64,000 nucleotides of DNA from positions 54,312,001 to 54,376,000 of the forward strand of contig CM068742.1 of NCBI GenBank assembly GCA_035084275.1, read 5' to 3'. The translations under genes and the position numbers were made by a program. Shown one piece after another: positions 63,451-64,000 of the stretch; within the stretch, counting starts at the first letter, position 1; each line of letters begins with the position of its first letter. A model generated the notes under the pieces. That model worked only from the letters and a program-made list of their open reading frames with translations. It had not been told where the DNA came from and did no database searches. The DNA comes from Hydrolagus colliei. Lineage: Eukaryota.

Positions 63451-63996
63451 TACTGTGTAACTCTATGAATTGTATGTAGGTTTGTTAGACTGACTATCCT
63501 GATCTCTTTCCAATGCTTTCCTCTATATATATATATAAAAATCTTTCCCGAGATTATATCCAAGAAATTGGTCAGTGGTTTCCTTCATCCTCCTCTCTCC
63601 ACAATGAGTTAAGCCTTCTGCTTCTATGAAACAAAGTGGCTAAGACATGGAGGAAATTTCTGTTCTAGCAGGACTTACATCCATGGCTAAGGACTTGGTG
63701 TAGTAACCTCATTCATTGCACATGCACTGCACTGACTGGCTCACCTTTAGGGTGCTGGCTGGTTTCTGCACTGAAAGAAAACTGTTGAGGTCACCATGAC
63801 TGTGATTTCAGTACATGTCTTTGGTTCCTGATCTCAACATACCCTGCCACCTGTAATAATCTTCCATTCAAGTCCTCCACATGTGAAAGGCGCTATACAA
63901 ATATAATTTTGTTGTTGTTGTTGTATTCCTGGCTCCAAAATAGCCTAATTCTATAATTACTGCTTAGTAACTGCCATATGCTTCATTTGTCCACAG

Positions 63997-64000
63997 GGTC
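63997..64000 (+). CDS. SLIT2: First 4 nt of SLIT2 exon 28 (GGT C, expected GQDC...)
   Basis: catttgtccacag|GGTC at the window end; phase 0 matches the exon 27 end. Confidence 0.75.

Larger units (their letters stand above)
3892..64000 (+). other. SLIT2: SLIT2 gene, partial: exons ~6-28; the gene extends beyond both window edges
   Basis: The exons splice into one continuous frame with SLIT2-type peptides ([65 protein letters not shown]). LRR exons are mostly 72/144 nt. Confidence 0.97.

Noticed and set aside
1-64000. Prokaryote-type systems (CRISPR arrays, operons, defence islands)
   Set aside because: This is a spliced vertebrate gene with SINE/LINE-rich introns; there is no regularly spaced repeat-spacer array.

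Overview
Eukaryotic (vertebrate) DNA. The whole window lies inside one + strand gene, a SLIT2 orthologue: about exon 6 to the first 4 nt of exon 28 (human numbering recalled from memory), encoding the end of LRR domain D1, domains D2-D4 and EGF1. Every constitutive exon has AG/GT boundaries and the exons join into one open frame. The introns are full of tRNA/Deu-core/L2-tail SINEs and L2- and CR1-type LINE fragments. This repeat mix suggests a cartilaginous fish such as Callorhinchus milii (inference). Nearly all ORFs in the supplied track are spurious. Highlights: (1) a 74-nt inverted copy (70/74 identical) of exon 17 plus its 5' splice site in intron 15, nested inside a ~95% identical inverted SINE pair, which could fold the pre-mRNA over exons 16-17; (2) besides the known 12-nt (here DEDE, GC donor) and 24-nt (AKEQYFIP) linker microexons, three more frame-preserving phase-1 microexon candidates of 6, 18 and 33 nt in inter-domain linkers; (3) a local ~90-nt direct duplication and a perfect 16-bp hairpin. 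Coordinates and alignments were done by eye; repeat boundaries are approximate.
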